DNA from: a plasmid
Reading direction: 5' to 3' (one strand)
DNA: 64,000 nt
Sequence record: CP113993.1
Positions 7,182 through 17,238 of the stretch are shown here, in pieces. A program made the position numbers and the translations under genes. The first letter of the stretch is position 1, and each line of letters begins with the position of its first letter. A model generated the notes under the pieces. It searched no databases. It was not told the DNA's origin and worked only from the letters and a program-made list of their open reading frames with translations.

Positions 7182-9881
7182 GTGAATGCAGTCATTCCGA
7201 AAAAGAGAAGGGACGGCAAGTCTTCGTTCGAAGACCTGGTATCCTACGTCTCTGTCCGGGATGACATGACCGATGAGGAACTGGATTTATCTTCTTCTTC
7301 GCAGGCTGAACAACCGCACCGAAGCCGTTTCAGTCGCCTTGTTGATTATGCGACACGTCTTCGAAATGAGTCATTCGTGGCGCTGGTTGATGTCATGAAG
7401 GACGGCTGCGAATGGATCAACTTTTATGGTGTCACCTGCTTTCATAACTGTACTTCTCTTGAAACTGCCGCTGCAGATATGGAGTACATTGCCCTGCAGG
7501 CACACTATGCAAAAGATGACACTGATCCTGTTTTTCACTACATCCTTTCCTGGCAGTCACATGAAAGCCCGCGTCCGGAACAGATTTATGACAGTGTACG
7601 TCATACGCTGAAATCACTCGGCCTTGCCGACCATCAGTATGTCTCTGCCGTGCATACTGATACAGATAATCTGCACGTCCATGTGGCTGTTAACCGGGTA
7701 CACCCTGAAACGGGTTATCTGAACCGGTTATCCTGGAGTCAGGAAAAACTCAGTCGTGCCTGCCGTGAGCTTGAACTGAAGCATGGTTTTGCTCCGGATA
7801 ACGGTTGCTGGGTCCATGCACCGGGAAATCGTATCGTTCGCAAAACCGCCGTTGAACGTGATCGCCAGAACGCGTGGACACGCGGGAAAAAACAAACTTT
7901 TCGCGAGTATGTCGCGCAGACAGCGGTCGCTGGTTTACGCAGTGAACCTGTAAGTGACTGGTTATCCCTGCATCGTCGTCTTGCGGAAGATGGTCTGTAC
8001 CTGTCTCAGATGGACGGAAAATATCTGGTGATGGATGGCTGGGATCGCAACAGGGAAGGTGTACAGCTTGACTCGTTTGGTCCCTCCTGGTGTGCAGAAA
8101 AACTCATGAAAAAAATGGGTGACTACACGCCAGTACCAAAAGACATTTTCAGCCAGGTGGAAGCACCAGGACGCTATAATCCGGACTTCATTGCAGCTGA
8201 TGTTCGCCCGGAAAAAATCGCTGAAACAGAAAGTCTGCAGCAGTATGCCTGTCGTCATCTTGGAGAACGTCTGCCGGAAATGGCACGGGAAGGACGGCTG
8301 GAAAACTGCCAGGCTATTCACCGCACACTGGCTGAAGCGGGTTTATGGATGCGTGTTCAGCATGGTCACCTGGTTATCTGTGACGGTTATGATCATAACC
8401 AGACTCCCGTTCGTGCTGACAGCGTATGGTCACTGCTGACGCTCGACAATGTGAATCAACTCGATGGTGGCTGGCTGCCTGTACCAACAGATATTTTCCG
8501 CCAGGTTACGCCAACAGAACGCTTCCGTGGTCGTCGTATGGAGAGCTGTCCTGCGACCGATAAAGAATGGCACCGTATGCGTACAGGCACGGGGCCGCAG
8601 GGGGCTATCAAACGCGAACTGTTTTCTGACAAAGAAAGTCTGTGGGGATACAGCATCAGCCATTGTAGCCCTCAGATTGAAGAAATGATCACACAGGGTG
8701 AGTTTACCTGGCAGCGTTGTCATGAGCTGTTTGCACAACAGGGACTGATGCTACAGAAACAACATCACGGGCTTGTTGTCGTTGATGCCTTTAATCATGA
8801 GCAAACGCCGGTGAAGGCCAGCAGCATTCATCCTGATCTGACACTGGGGCGTGCAGAGCCACAGGCCGGACCTTTTGTGAGTGCCCCAGCAGATTTGTTT
8901 GACAGGGTGCAACCTGAAAGTCGCTATAACCCGGAGCTGGCTGTCAGTGACAGGTACGGGGTCAGCAGTAAACGTGACCCAATGCTGCGCCGGCAGCGAC
9001 GTGAAGCCAGAGCTGAGGCCCGTGCTGACCTGCGTGCCCGCTATCTGGCATGGCGTGAACAATGGCGTAAACCAGATCTGCGTTATGGGGAACGTTGTCG
9101 GGAAATTCATCAGGCATGCCGTCTGCGGAAGTCACACATTCGTGCGCAGTACGATGATCCGGCATTACGTAAGCTGCATTATCACATTGCAGAAGTTCAG
9201 CGAATGCAGGCATTGATCAGGCTGAAAGAAGACATCAGGGATGAGCGACAGAAACTTATTGCTGACGGGAAATGGTATCCACCCTCTTACCGTCAGTGGG
9301 TCGAAATTCAGGCTGCTCAGGGAGACAGGGCTGCTGTATCGCAGCTGAGAGGCTGGGATTATCGCGATCGCCGTAAAGACAGGTCACGCACAACGACGAC
9401 AGACCGCTGTGTCGTGCTTTGTGAACCGGGCGGAACGCCGGTATACGGTAATACCGGTGATCTCGAGGCCCGTCTGCAGAAGAACGGGAGTGTTCGTTTC
9501 CGTGACCGTCGGACGGGAGAGTTTGTCTGTACGGATTATGGTGACAGGGTTGTTTTCCGTAATCACCATGACCGCAATGCGCTGGCAGATAAACTGGATT
9601 TGATTGCACCGGTATTATTCGGGCGTGATCCACGCATGGGTTTTGAACCAGAAGGAAACGACAAACAATTTAACCAGGTCTTTGCTGAAATGGTTGCCTG
9701 GCATAATGTGACAGGCCGTACCGGTCACGAAGACTACAGGATTACGCGACCGGACGTGGATCATCACCGTGAAGGAAGTGAACGCTACTACCGCGATTAT
9801 ATCGCGGCGAACAGCAACGATGACGCATCACTGCCTCCGCCGGAGCAGGATAAACGCTGGGAACCGCCTTCTCCAGGTTAA
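7182..9881 (+). CDS. nikB: relaxase NikB (MOBP family), 899 aa
   Basis: Relaxase motif III HTDTDNLHVHVAVNRV (HxDxxxxHxHxxxN). Length and position after nikA as in R64. Confidence 0.85.
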   Translation: MNAVIPKKRRDGKSSFEDLVSYVSVRDDMTDEELDLSSSSQAEQPHRSRFSRLVDYATRLRNESFVALVDVMKDGCEWINFYGVTCFHNCTSLETAAADMEYIALQAHYAKDDTDPVFHYILSWQSHESPRPEQIYDSVRHTLKSLGLADHQYVSAVHTDTDNLHVHVAVNRVHPETGYLNRLSWSQEKLSRACRELELKHGFAPDNGCWVHAPGNRIVRKTAVERDRQNAWTRGKKQTFREYVAQTAVAGLRSEPVSDWLSLHRRLAEDGLYLSQMDGKYLVMDGWDRNREGVQLDSFGPSWCAEKLMKKMGDYTPVPKDIFSQVEAPGRYNPDFIAADVRPEKIAETESLQQYACRHLGERLPEMAREGRLENCQAIHRTLAEAGLWMRVQHGHLVICDGYDHNQTPVRADSVWSLLTLDNVNQLDGGWLPVPTDIFRQVTPTERFRGRRMESCPATDKEWHRMRTGTGPQGAIKRELFSDKESLWGYSISHCSPQIEEMITQGEFTWQRCHELFAQQGLMLQKQHHGLVVVDAFNHEQTPVKASSIHPDLTLGRAEPQAGPFVSAPADLFDRVQPESRYNPELAVSDRYGVSSKRDPMLRRQRREARAEARADLRARYLAWREQWRKPDLRYGERCREIHQACRLRKSHIRAQYDDPALRKLHYHIAEVQRMQALIRLKEDIRDERQKLIADGKWYPPSYRQWVEIQAAQGDRAAVSQLRGWDYRDRRKDRSRTTTTDRCVVLCEPGGTPVYGNTGDLEARLQKNGSVRFRDRRTGEFVCTDYGDRVVFRNHHDRNALADKLDLIAPVLFGRDPRMGFEPEGNDKQFNQVFAEMVAWHNVTGRTGHEDYRITRPDVDHHREGSERYYRDYIAANSNDDASLPPPEQDKRWEPPSPG

Positions 9882-9917
9882 AAAAAAGGCCGCGCCAGAA
9901 TCCGGCGCGGCCACTGT

Positions 9918-12209
9918 TCAGTACATTCCGTCCCAGTCCGGACGGTTGGTTTTTTTATGATGAAACCCGTTTACAGGACGCCCTGTCGGGTGGTTATTGT
10001 CCTGTGGAAGCGTTAACAGGTTTATACCTGCTCTTTCTGCTCTCACTGATATCTGATTTTCCTCTTTTGTTTCAGGTAGTTCTGGTCTGTTCAGCGTGAT
10101 ATAGCGAATTCGTCGCTCTTCCCGTGTGGTCGTTTTAAGCGTATTCACCGCTGTTTCCCACAAGGCACTTTCACGTGCGTTGATATCTGTGTCGTACTCT
10201 TCCAGCATTGCCATAGCCGCCTGACGTCCTGCAATGCGTTGCTGGAATGTATCCACGATCGTGTGCGGCTCTGTGCGAATTTTTCGTCTTTTTCTGGAGG
10301 GTTTTGCAGTCAGGACGCCAATGATGGCACTGACATTTTCCGGTGACGGTATTCGACGTTGAGTGGTACGGGGAACAAGACGGCGGAGACGGTCCAGGCG
10401 TGGCGCATCCACGCTGATATACCTGTTTATAACAACGGGATCGCTGCTGCAGCTTTTCTCATCGTCAGGGATGAAGAATGATGCTGATGGTACGGTTTCT
10501 CCCCGGAAAATAGAAAAGAATTCGCCAGGATGAAGTTCAATCAACTCCTGAACATTTATCTTGCTTTCCATCAGGATGCTGATTTGTGGGCTGTCAATCC
10601 ATGATTCACCAAATATGCCGTCCTGACGCTGCAGGTTGTTCATTCTCGCCCTGGCTTCTTCACCGGCGGCGCTTTTCAGCGTTCTGGCCGTACTGCCCTC
10701 GCTGACAATCCTGCCGGCAAATTTTGTCCCCGTGTTCTGCATCAGTGTTGCAGTATTCGTGGCTGTTGTCTGTCCTTCTATACGTTCCTGGTCCTGTGCC
10801 ATCAAAATCAGAGCAAAATCCAGTGAACGCACCTGAGTGGCTTCCACAGCAATACGGTCCGTATAGTATGCCCCCACTTCATCAAGGAAACACAGATAAG
10901 GGAAACGCCCCTTATATTTTTTGACTTCCAGTGCATCGGAATCAGTTCCTTCGAGGCGGTAGCCCAAATCACGGGCGAGAATCATACTTTTCTGGGTGAT
11001 AAACATTCGTCCAAGAGCAGACGTTGTATGCGCTGATGTATCCAGAGCGGGGATCATTACCATCAGAATCCTGTCGCTGTGAATGCTGTCACGGATATCG
11101 ATATCACCGGAATCTTCAGCAAAAATATCCCCGAATGCTTCCGTGAATGTGCTGAAAGTTTCAGAAAACTGCCCGGAGAGATAAGCATGTTGTTTTCTGG
11201 GTTCTTCCGTCCAGGCTGATGGTGTCCTGACCAGCGACAGGTCGAAACCGGGAACGTCCTGAAGGTAGTTACGTAACGGTGCGATAGCTTCTTCCGGCCA
11301 CTGATCATCGAGGCCACGACAGTAAAGTTTGGCCATCCCTTCGAGAGTCATATGTTCACGGAGCATCTGCAGCGACATTGTTTTGCCTTCGCGCACACAC
11401 CAGAATTTAGTACCAAATACCAGTGCCTTATTCATGGCAATGGCCCGGGACTGCCACTCGCCCCCCTGGACGTTCTGGGGCAGCATTGACTGCATTGTCT
11501 CCGCTGTGAATGCCTCAGTGCTGTAACAGAAGGGATTCCAGGTATTTGACTGAGGACGCGTTTTTTCACCACTCAGAATGATTTCACTGCGGGATTTTCC
11601 TCCGTTCATGAAGTTAATGACTTCCACATCGTCTTCACGTCCAAAGCGTCTGGCCAGATACCAGATCGTTCTTGCCGTATCATTCTGTGCCTTGCCATCG
11701 ACAAGGGTGAATCCTCTTGCCCAGCAAAGTGGGTTAATCGCCCAGGCAAAGATGGTTTCCGTTTTACCGCCACCGGTGGTGGCGAAAAACATTATATGGC
11801 GGGTCAGATCGTCCATACTCAGCCATAACTCCCTGCCAATATCCCTGACGCGTTGATAACCAACATAGAATATGCCGCTGGCCGGTGATTCCAGAATGAC
11901 CTCATACTGGAACAGGGTTGGCCAGAAGCTGAAAAGACTTCTTTTAATCATTCTGTCCTGTGACGGGTCAGCACATTCCAGCGTCATGGGCATACGAAGA
12001 GGGCAGCGCCATCGCTGCAGACTAAATACCAGCATTGTTATCAGTGTGAACAACAGACATGCCGGTAATGCAAGTGGCCAGATAAAACTGGCCACAAGAC
12101 TTGCCACCAGGCAAAAGCCATAGATATTGAGACTCTGGAGTGCATTCCAGACAGGATTTCCCCAGGCTGTACGGTGTAAAAGCTCGGGGTTAACGCGATG
12201 TTCACTCAT
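9918..12209 (-). CDS. trbC: type IV coupling protein TrbC (DotL/IcmO-like), 763 aa
   Basis: N-terminal TM helices. Walker A FFATTGGGKTET. Convergent with nikB as in R64. Confidence 0.85.
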   Translation of the reverse strand: MSEHRVNPELLHRTAWGNPVWNALQSLNIYGFCLVASLVASFIWPLALPACLLFTLITMLVFSLQRWRCPLRMPMTLECADPSQDRMIKRSLFSFWPTLFQYEVILESPASGIFYVGYQRVRDIGRELWLSMDDLTRHIMFFATTGGGKTETIFAWAINPLCWARGFTLVDGKAQNDTARTIWYLARRFGREDDVEVINFMNGGKSRSEIILSGEKTRPQSNTWNPFCYSTEAFTAETMQSMLPQNVQGGEWQSRAIAMNKALVFGTKFWCVREGKTMSLQMLREHMTLEGMAKLYCRGLDDQWPEEAIAPLRNYLQDVPGFDLSLVRTPSAWTEEPRKQHAYLSGQFSETFSTFTEAFGDIFAEDSGDIDIRDSIHSDRILMVMIPALDTSAHTTSALGRMFITQKSMILARDLGYRLEGTDSDALEVKKYKGRFPYLCFLDEVGAYYTDRIAVEATQVRSLDFALILMAQDQERIEGQTTATNTATLMQNTGTKFAGRIVSEGSTARTLKSAAGEEARARMNNLQRQDGIFGESWIDSPQISILMESKINVQELIELHPGEFFSIFRGETVPSASFFIPDDEKSCSSDPVVINRYISVDAPRLDRLRRLVPRTTQRRIPSPENVSAIIGVLTAKPSRKRRKIRTEPHTIVDTFQQRIAGRQAAMAMLEEYDTDINARESALWETAVNTLKTTTREERRIRYITLNRPELPETKEENQISVRAERAGINLLTLPQDNNHPTGRPVNGFHHKKTNRPDWDGMY

Positions 12210-13272
12210 GGCCAGACTCGCTGTCGGTGGTTTTCAGGAATAAATTAAGCGTGCCAGTTTCCTGCAGAATTCCTGTAGGCAGATGCCAGCCGGTGTCGGA
12301 CAGCACCCATGGGGTACCGGCAAATCCGAACTTACGGAAGGCGACATTGTTTACATCAATTGCAGCTCTGGCCGCTTTCAGGCATGTTTCATCTGCAGGC
12401 GTTGTTTCTTCTGATGGCGTCATCATTCCGTTATCTGCGGAATACAGTCGGTGCCAGCCGGCAGCACGTTTCTGAGCATCTTTTTCACACAGCAGTGGTG
12501 CCACACGGTCGGTGGATTCCTCTCCACCAATAACTGAAACCGGGTAGATAACGACATTGAAGTCGCTGGCCAGGCGTTTTAAGGCCGGCTCCAGAAGTCT
12601 GCAGTTAGGACAGGCAGGATCGAGAAATGCGTACAGGGTTCGTTCATGACCGGATGACAGGTTGATGGTAAACATGCCCCGATCGGCGTTCCGCTTCAGA
12701 ACAGTAGCCAGATTATGTCGCGCAGCTGCGGCTTCCGGATTTTTGCTTGTGATTGTTTTCTCCGGTACCTGGACGTCTTTTTTCGGGGGAACCGGGAGTT
12801 GAATGCCTTCATTTAATGGCACAGTGTGATTCAGGTGAGGGGGAAGCAGTCGTGGCTCACCTGCTGTCTGTACTGCTTCAGGCGTTGTATCATCCCAGAA
12901 TACACGATCAACATAGCGGAACAGAGAGAAGCCAATCGTTGCCATTACGAACAGCACAACGCTGGCGATTATGCCACGGAACAAAGGTGTTCTGCTGAAG
13001 CGGCGTTCCATCAGGTATTCAAGACGCAGGCAGGAATCAATAGCTGTAAGTATCTGGTCAGCGTTATGCTCCTGTTTATCAATCAGGATGGTTTCTCTGT
13101 TACGGGTGCCCATGGCGTCAAAGGCTATATGAATCAGTTGATTATTTCGTGTTACCAGCCCTGACAGGGCATCCCGTGGAAGGACGGCAATAATTTCTGT
13201 CCTGCCATCCGGCCAGATTGCCTGCACGGAAATATGTTTTGCAATGCGTGTTGCAAAGTACTCGATTGTCAT
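12202..13272 (-). CDS. trbB: thioredoxin-fold thiol:disulfide interchange protein TrbB (DsbC-like)
   Basis: CxxC motif in LDPACPNCRLLEP. TM segment. Confidence 0.7.
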   Translation of the reverse strand: MTIEYFATRIAKHISVQAIWPDGRTEIIAVLPRDALSGLVTRNNQLIHIAFDAMGTRNRETILIDKQEHNADQILTAIDSCLRLEYLMERRFSRTPLFRGIIASVVLFVMATIGFSLFRYVDRVFWDDTTPEAVQTAGEPRLLPPHLNHTVPLNEGIQLPVPPKKDVQVPEKTITSKNPEAAAARHNLATVLKRNADRGMFTINLSSGHERTLYAFLDPACPNCRLLEPALKRLASDFNVVIYPVSVIGGEESTDRVAPLLCEKDAQKRAAGWHRLYSADNGMMTPSEETTPADETCLKAARAAIDVNNVAFRKFGFAGTPWVLSDTGWHLPTGILQETGTLNLFLKTTDSESGHE

Positions 13273-13290
13273 TTTCAGTTCTCCGGATAA

Positions 13291-14499
13291 TCAGAATTCG
13301 TTGTCTGTAGCAGGTGTACGGGGCAGGATGTCGTCGGTGAGGGACCAGTTGGTCAGGATGCGGCGTTTCCGGTCGCGATCTGGTTGTGGTTCATCCCAGA
13401 TAAGACCGAGACTGAGCATATCCCGCCGTAAGCCTTCCACCGCTTCATCAACACAGGGTTCAGGGCAGGGAAGGCCAAAACGCATGGCTTCGGCCTCTGC
13501 ACGTGCAACGGCCACCACGCCAGCGCCTTCAATAAATCCTTTCGTGGTATTGGCGCGGTGTAATGCATAAAACAGCGTTCTGTCCACGCCTTTCAGCCAA
13601 ATCCAGTTGGGTGGCGTAAGCCGCAGGTCATGTGCATACAGCCAGACCAGCCCACTGCGGACGTAGCGATGTTGTTTCAGCCATTGCTGTGCTCCGTTGC
13701 TTTTAATCACTCTCTGGAAAGCTGATTTGGCCAGTGAATAAACAGGGGTACAGAATTTCCCGCTGTCCCGTTTGCTTTTAATTCTGCATGAGAGGTTCAG
13801 TGTATCCATGAGCTTTAATGCTGCCTTACGATCATCCAGGAAATACTGAAGGCCAAATATGGCAAAGAGCGCTTTTTCATGTGGTGCCATGTCTTTCCAG
13901 GACGTTAAAGGTTTACCCAACTGGGCCATGAAACATCGTCTTGCAGCTGCAACATCGAGCTGCATATTGGTGATGAGAGTATGCTGTTCGACAAATGCTT
14001 CCGGGGTGAGAGCAACCCGCCGTTCAGGTCGTTTGCCACCATGAAAGAGTTTTTCCGGATCACCATCTGCCAGTACAGGGGCGATAGCAGGGGACAACGA
14101 AGCAAAGATGTGTGGCAGTCGGGTAATATCTACTGGTCTGCGGGTGAAACGACTTTGTCCCGGATGTTGATACCACTCCCACAAACACCAGAGTGTCACA
14201 GGTAAGAGGTACATCCACAGAATACCTATGGTCTGCTCCATGACGTTAACCCACTGGCTATAGCTTATGTTGGCGGCGTTGTTACCGGTCATGGCAAGCA
14301 GGTTGTATCGTGGTGCTGCATAGTTATGAAATGGTCCCCAGTCAACCAGTCCCCATAAGGTATGAAGAATCAGGCAGCTGGCGTAAACCACTTCCGGCAA
14401 GAATAACCATATGACGAATAGCAGCAGGATAAGAAGGACACCAACAGCGCCCCATATCTGCATAGGATCTTCTGCGACAGGCTGTCGATTGTAAGACAT
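13291..14499 (-). CDS. trbA: inner-membrane transfer protein TrbA (DotM/IcmP-like position), 402 aa
   Basis: Several hydrophobic helices. Position follows trbB. Confidence 0.6.
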   Translation of the reverse strand: MSYNRQPVAEDPMQIWGAVGVLLILLLFVIWLFLPEVVYASCLILHTLWGLVDWGPFHNYAAPRYNLLAMTGNNAANISYSQWVNVMEQTIGILWMYLLPVTLWCLWEWYQHPGQSRFTRRPVDITRLPHIFASLSPAIAPVLADGDPEKLFHGGKRPERRVALTPEAFVEQHTLITNMQLDVAAARRCFMAQLGKPLTSWKDMAPHEKALFAIFGLQYFLDDRKAALKLMDTLNLSCRIKSKRDSGKFCTPVYSLAKSAFQRVIKSNGAQQWLKQHRYVRSGLVWLYAHDLRLTPPNWIWLKGVDRTLFYALHRANTTKGFIEGAGVVAVARAEAEAMRFGLPCPEPCVDEAVEGLRRDMLSLGLIWDEPQPDRDRKRRILTNWSLTDDILPRTPATDNEF

Positions 14500-14600
14500 G
14501 ACAAAGTCTCCATTTCTGGAATTTAAATCAAACGGAAAGGTTAAAATTTATTTTCAGGCGATAAGATCTAACCAAAGGAATTGGCCGTGCGATAAAAGGG

Positions 14601-14640
14601 TTGTTGCAAATACGAAAATTATTAGAATAGCTGCGGGCGC
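14601..14640. repeat. 40-bp imperfect direct repeat (left copy) flanking the AT-rich 302-aa gene
   Basis: TTGTTGCAAATACGAAAATTATTAGAATAGCTGCGGGCGC versus 15787..15826, 34 of 40 identical. Confidence 0.55.
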
Positions 14641-14760
14641 TTGAGGTTGTATGCCGAAGCGTTTTGTGGACGGTATACAGCAGAAACCCCTTGGAAATTT
14701 ATTATCAATCAACTAACCAAGGGATCTTCTGTAACTACTGTTCGCTATACCGAGTATTAG

Positions 14761-15669
14761 TTATGCTGTTTGTCTTGTTTCAATAATGTCTAAATATTTT
14801 TTATATGTTTCAGAAGTGGTAGTTTGTCCTTTGGCATTTGAAATTACATTATTCACAATAGTTCTTATCATGTCATCAATAAGTTCTAACAAATTTTCTG
14901 CCATGATTCCAGTAAACTCATTACATTTAATATATGTTATATTGTTATTTTCTAATAATTTGGCTGCCCCTATGCTTCCTTTGTTTGTGAATTTCATTCC
15001 ATTTATATCAATTATCTCACCAGTGTTGTTGGTTTCATTTAAATCACTTGAAATCAATGTTTTAAGTATTGAATCTTCAAGCATAAAACATTGATCTTTT
15101 GTGAAGCTAAGGAAAAGATTACTTTTGCATTTATCATCGCTAGTGTTTGATAAAGGGGCGTAACAAAAAGTCATTGAGTTGTGTTTTATATAGTTGTTTA
15201 AAGTGAAAACAATATCATATTTTCCTTCAATTATAGTCTCTATAGACTTATCAAATAAATCATGGCATTTTTTTAAATAAATTTCATTATCAATGCTGGT
15301 AGATTTGATAAGAATACCGATCTCATATTTTGAAAATAGTGCTGATTTTGCTTTCTGATAACCATCTTCACCGCACTTATTTTTAAACTTACTAAACCAT
15401 GGTCTTTGTGGGGGGGTGAGTGTCGTACCAATGATAGAATAGATGATATAAGGGAGATAGTATTCTGCTAGTGCTGCTGAATTATTTATGACAGAATCAA
15501 AAAAATATTCGCAGTCAGGTTCTACATAGTTTGTGTATCGAGGTCTGTTTAGTGATGTAACGAATTTTTCACGAAAAAATAGAAGCTTCTCTATCTGATG
15601 CTTTAAGGATATTTCATAGAGAGACTTTGTGGATACTTCTGCATCTTCATATTCAGGTAATAGTGACAT
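14761..15669 (-). CDS. AT-rich hypothetical protein (302 aa), probably horizontally acquired cargo
   Basis: Long ORF whose base composition is far below the backbone (very A/T-rich codons). Flanked by 40-bp direct repeats. No recognisable motif. Confidence 0.6.
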   Translation of the reverse strand: MSLLPEYEDAEVSTKSLYEISLKHQIEKLLFFREKFVTSLNRPRYTNYVEPDCEYFFDSVINNSAALAEYYLPYIIYSIIGTTLTPPQRPWFSKFKNKCGEDGYQKAKSALFSKYEIGILIKSTSIDNEIYLKKCHDLFDKSIETIIEGKYDIVFTLNNYIKHNSMTFCYAPLSNTSDDKCKSNLFLSFTKDQCFMLEDSILKTLISSDLNETNNTGEIIDINGMKFTNKGSIGAAKLLENNNITYIKCNEFTGIMAENLLELIDDMIRTIVNNVISNAKGQTTTSETYKKYLDIIETRQTA

Positions 15670-15786
15670 TTTTAAACTCCATAATATAAATACATTTGAT
15701 CGTTCAAAACGATACTTATAATTAAAGAGCAGTTAGTTCATTAGAACCGAGCTGTAATGTAGCACATCACAATGCTTCGGCAAAGA

Positions 15787-15826
15787 TTGTTGCAGATACG
15801 AAAGCCGTTAGAATAGCTGCGGGCGG
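15787..15826. repeat. 40-bp imperfect direct repeat (right copy)
   Basis: TTGTTGCAGATACGAAAGCCGTTAGAATAGCTGCGGGCGG. The GCCGAAGC and GCTTCGGC motifs beside the two copies are mutually inverted. Confidence 0.55.
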
Positions 15827-16300
15827 GGTAATTATCGAACTGAGTGCGCCATTCTTTTCAGGAGACGGCAAATTAGAGATGGTTGGTTCAGGTTCAGAGC
15901 ATGAGTTTCCTGGTGTGGCGGACATGCCGGGGTGGATTTTGCAGAGATAACAGATGTAAAAAAACCGACTGGTGAGGTCGGTTTTTTTACTGTTCCGCTA
16001 CAGAGTTGGTGACTCTGGACGGGAAAAGACAGTCTGTATCTAACATGATCAATTCTATGCTTTGTCCCGCACTATGTCAAAAATCCTGCTAATCAAGTAG
16101 TATACAAAACGTTAGCTCTACTGATTGTCTGAACTCGACAACTGACGGATTTGTTAAGTCCTGGCCGGGATAACAGGTGGTGCTGCTTCCGGTGCTCTGG
16201 TCGGAGTGAGGCAGTCTGTATCTAACAATAGAGACAACCGTAGTGACAGGCAGCCCATGAGTAAGCTGCGGTGTTTCGCTCCCTTATCAAGGGAAAACGG

Positions 16301-16396
16301 ATGATTAATCTGTTAATCATCGTTCTCAGGGCAGTAGTTGCCGTTGCAAACGCGCTGATTGCTGTTCTGGAACTGATCCGGGAACTTGTCGACTGA
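16301..16396 (+). CDS. 31-aa hydrophobic peptide MINLLIIVLRAVVAVANALIAVLELIRELVD, candidate DinQ/TisB-like type I toxin
   Basis: Small ORF with an upstream AGGGAAAA. Resembles E. coli DinQ (MIDKAIIVLGALIALLELIRFLLQLLN, quoted from memory). A hairpin terminator follows at 16421..16452. A tandem 16-bp repeat lies upstream. Confidence 0.45.
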   Translation: MINLLIIVLRAVVAVANALIAVLELIRELVD

Positions 16397-16420
16397 TAAG
16401 CCTGGAAACGTAACTAAGGG

Positions 16421-16452
16421 CAGGGAGTTACCGCTTCCTGCCCTTTAACAAA
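16421..16452. terminator. bidirectional intrinsic terminator hairpin (GGGCAGGGAG-loop-CTTCCTGCCC flanked by T/A runs)
   Basis: Inverted repeat seen between the convergent small ORFs. Confidence 0.5.
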
Positions 16453-16460
16453 AAGAGATC

Positions 16461-16637
16461 TCACGTTAAAAATTTGTACCCTTCTTTAACTTCCAGTGCC
16501 TGCTCCTTTGACTCAAACATCAGTCTTGTTTTCCCGGGAACGCCCCATGAAATGTATTCAACATCTATCCACCATTTTCCATATTCTTTATATGGCCCGG
16601 ATATTACTTTTTTGACAAAGGCGTCTACCAGATTCAT
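16461..16637 (-). CDS. hypothetical small protein (58 aa from the internal ATG; RBS AAGGAA)
   Basis: ORF 16461..16745. The MNLVDAF start is preceded by AAAAAGGAAAAAACA. Confidence 0.35.
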   Translation of the reverse strand: MNLVDAFVKKVISGPYKEYGKWWIDVEYISWGVPGKTRLMFESKEQALEVKEGYKFLT

Positions 16638-17028
16638 TGTTTTTTCCTTTTTATTTTGAAAATAATTAATGCCAGAGCACAGCGAAAATAATGAATGCGC
16701 TGGCTGTGATAATTGCGATTTTCTCCCATATGATATTTTTCTCATAGGGGTTTCTACGGAGATTATTTCTTCGCATTGAGATACCGGTATTCATGTTTTA
16801 TCTTGGACTTTTGTTTTGTTGTCTGTCTGGCAGGCTGTTCTGCGCCCGTTTGTGACAAGGTTAGCTTATGGGGTTAAATGGTCACGGACATCATGCGGAC
16901 GGTTCCCTGTCACATGCCATCTGGTTTTTTCATTCAAATTGAGAGATATTGCTAAGTTGAGTCGCTTGCGATAGTGGACTCCTGTTTGTAAGTGAGTGCC
17001 ATTGTTTATTTCATGAAGAGGATTGATT

Positions 17029-17238
17029 ATGAGCATGCCTCCTGCGATAGCTAATACTTTCTTGTTTGAAATGATGAAGAGTAAATCAAAAGACGTTACA
17101 CTTGCTGCGATCTATGCATTAGGTGAAGGCCGGTGTCAGGCGGAGAACATTACTCGTGAATTACATAGATTGAGTCAAAGTGATGATATGGAAATAAAAA
17201 TTGCTGCGATTAAAGCACTTGGTCGAATTTATCGGTAA
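17029..17238 (+). CDS. small HEAT-repeat-like protein (69 aa)
   Basis: AAIYALGEG and IKIAAIKALGRI resemble PBS-lyase/HEAT repeats. GAAGAGGA RBS before the ATG at 17029. Confidence 0.35.
   Translation: MSMPPAIANTFLFEMMKSKSKDVTLAAIYALGEGRCQAENITRELHRLSQSDDMEIKIAAIKALGRIYR

Noticed and set aside
7426-9633. Numerous 60-125-aa ORFs on both strands inside nikB
   Set aside because: They are embedded in a long, well-supported relaxase gene and have no RBS or conservation argument.
16031-16227. Canonical LexA box in the toxin-like locus
   Set aside because: The closest match, CTGTATCTAACAATAG, has a mismatch in the right half-site, and the other copy is worse. I mention it only as a possibility.
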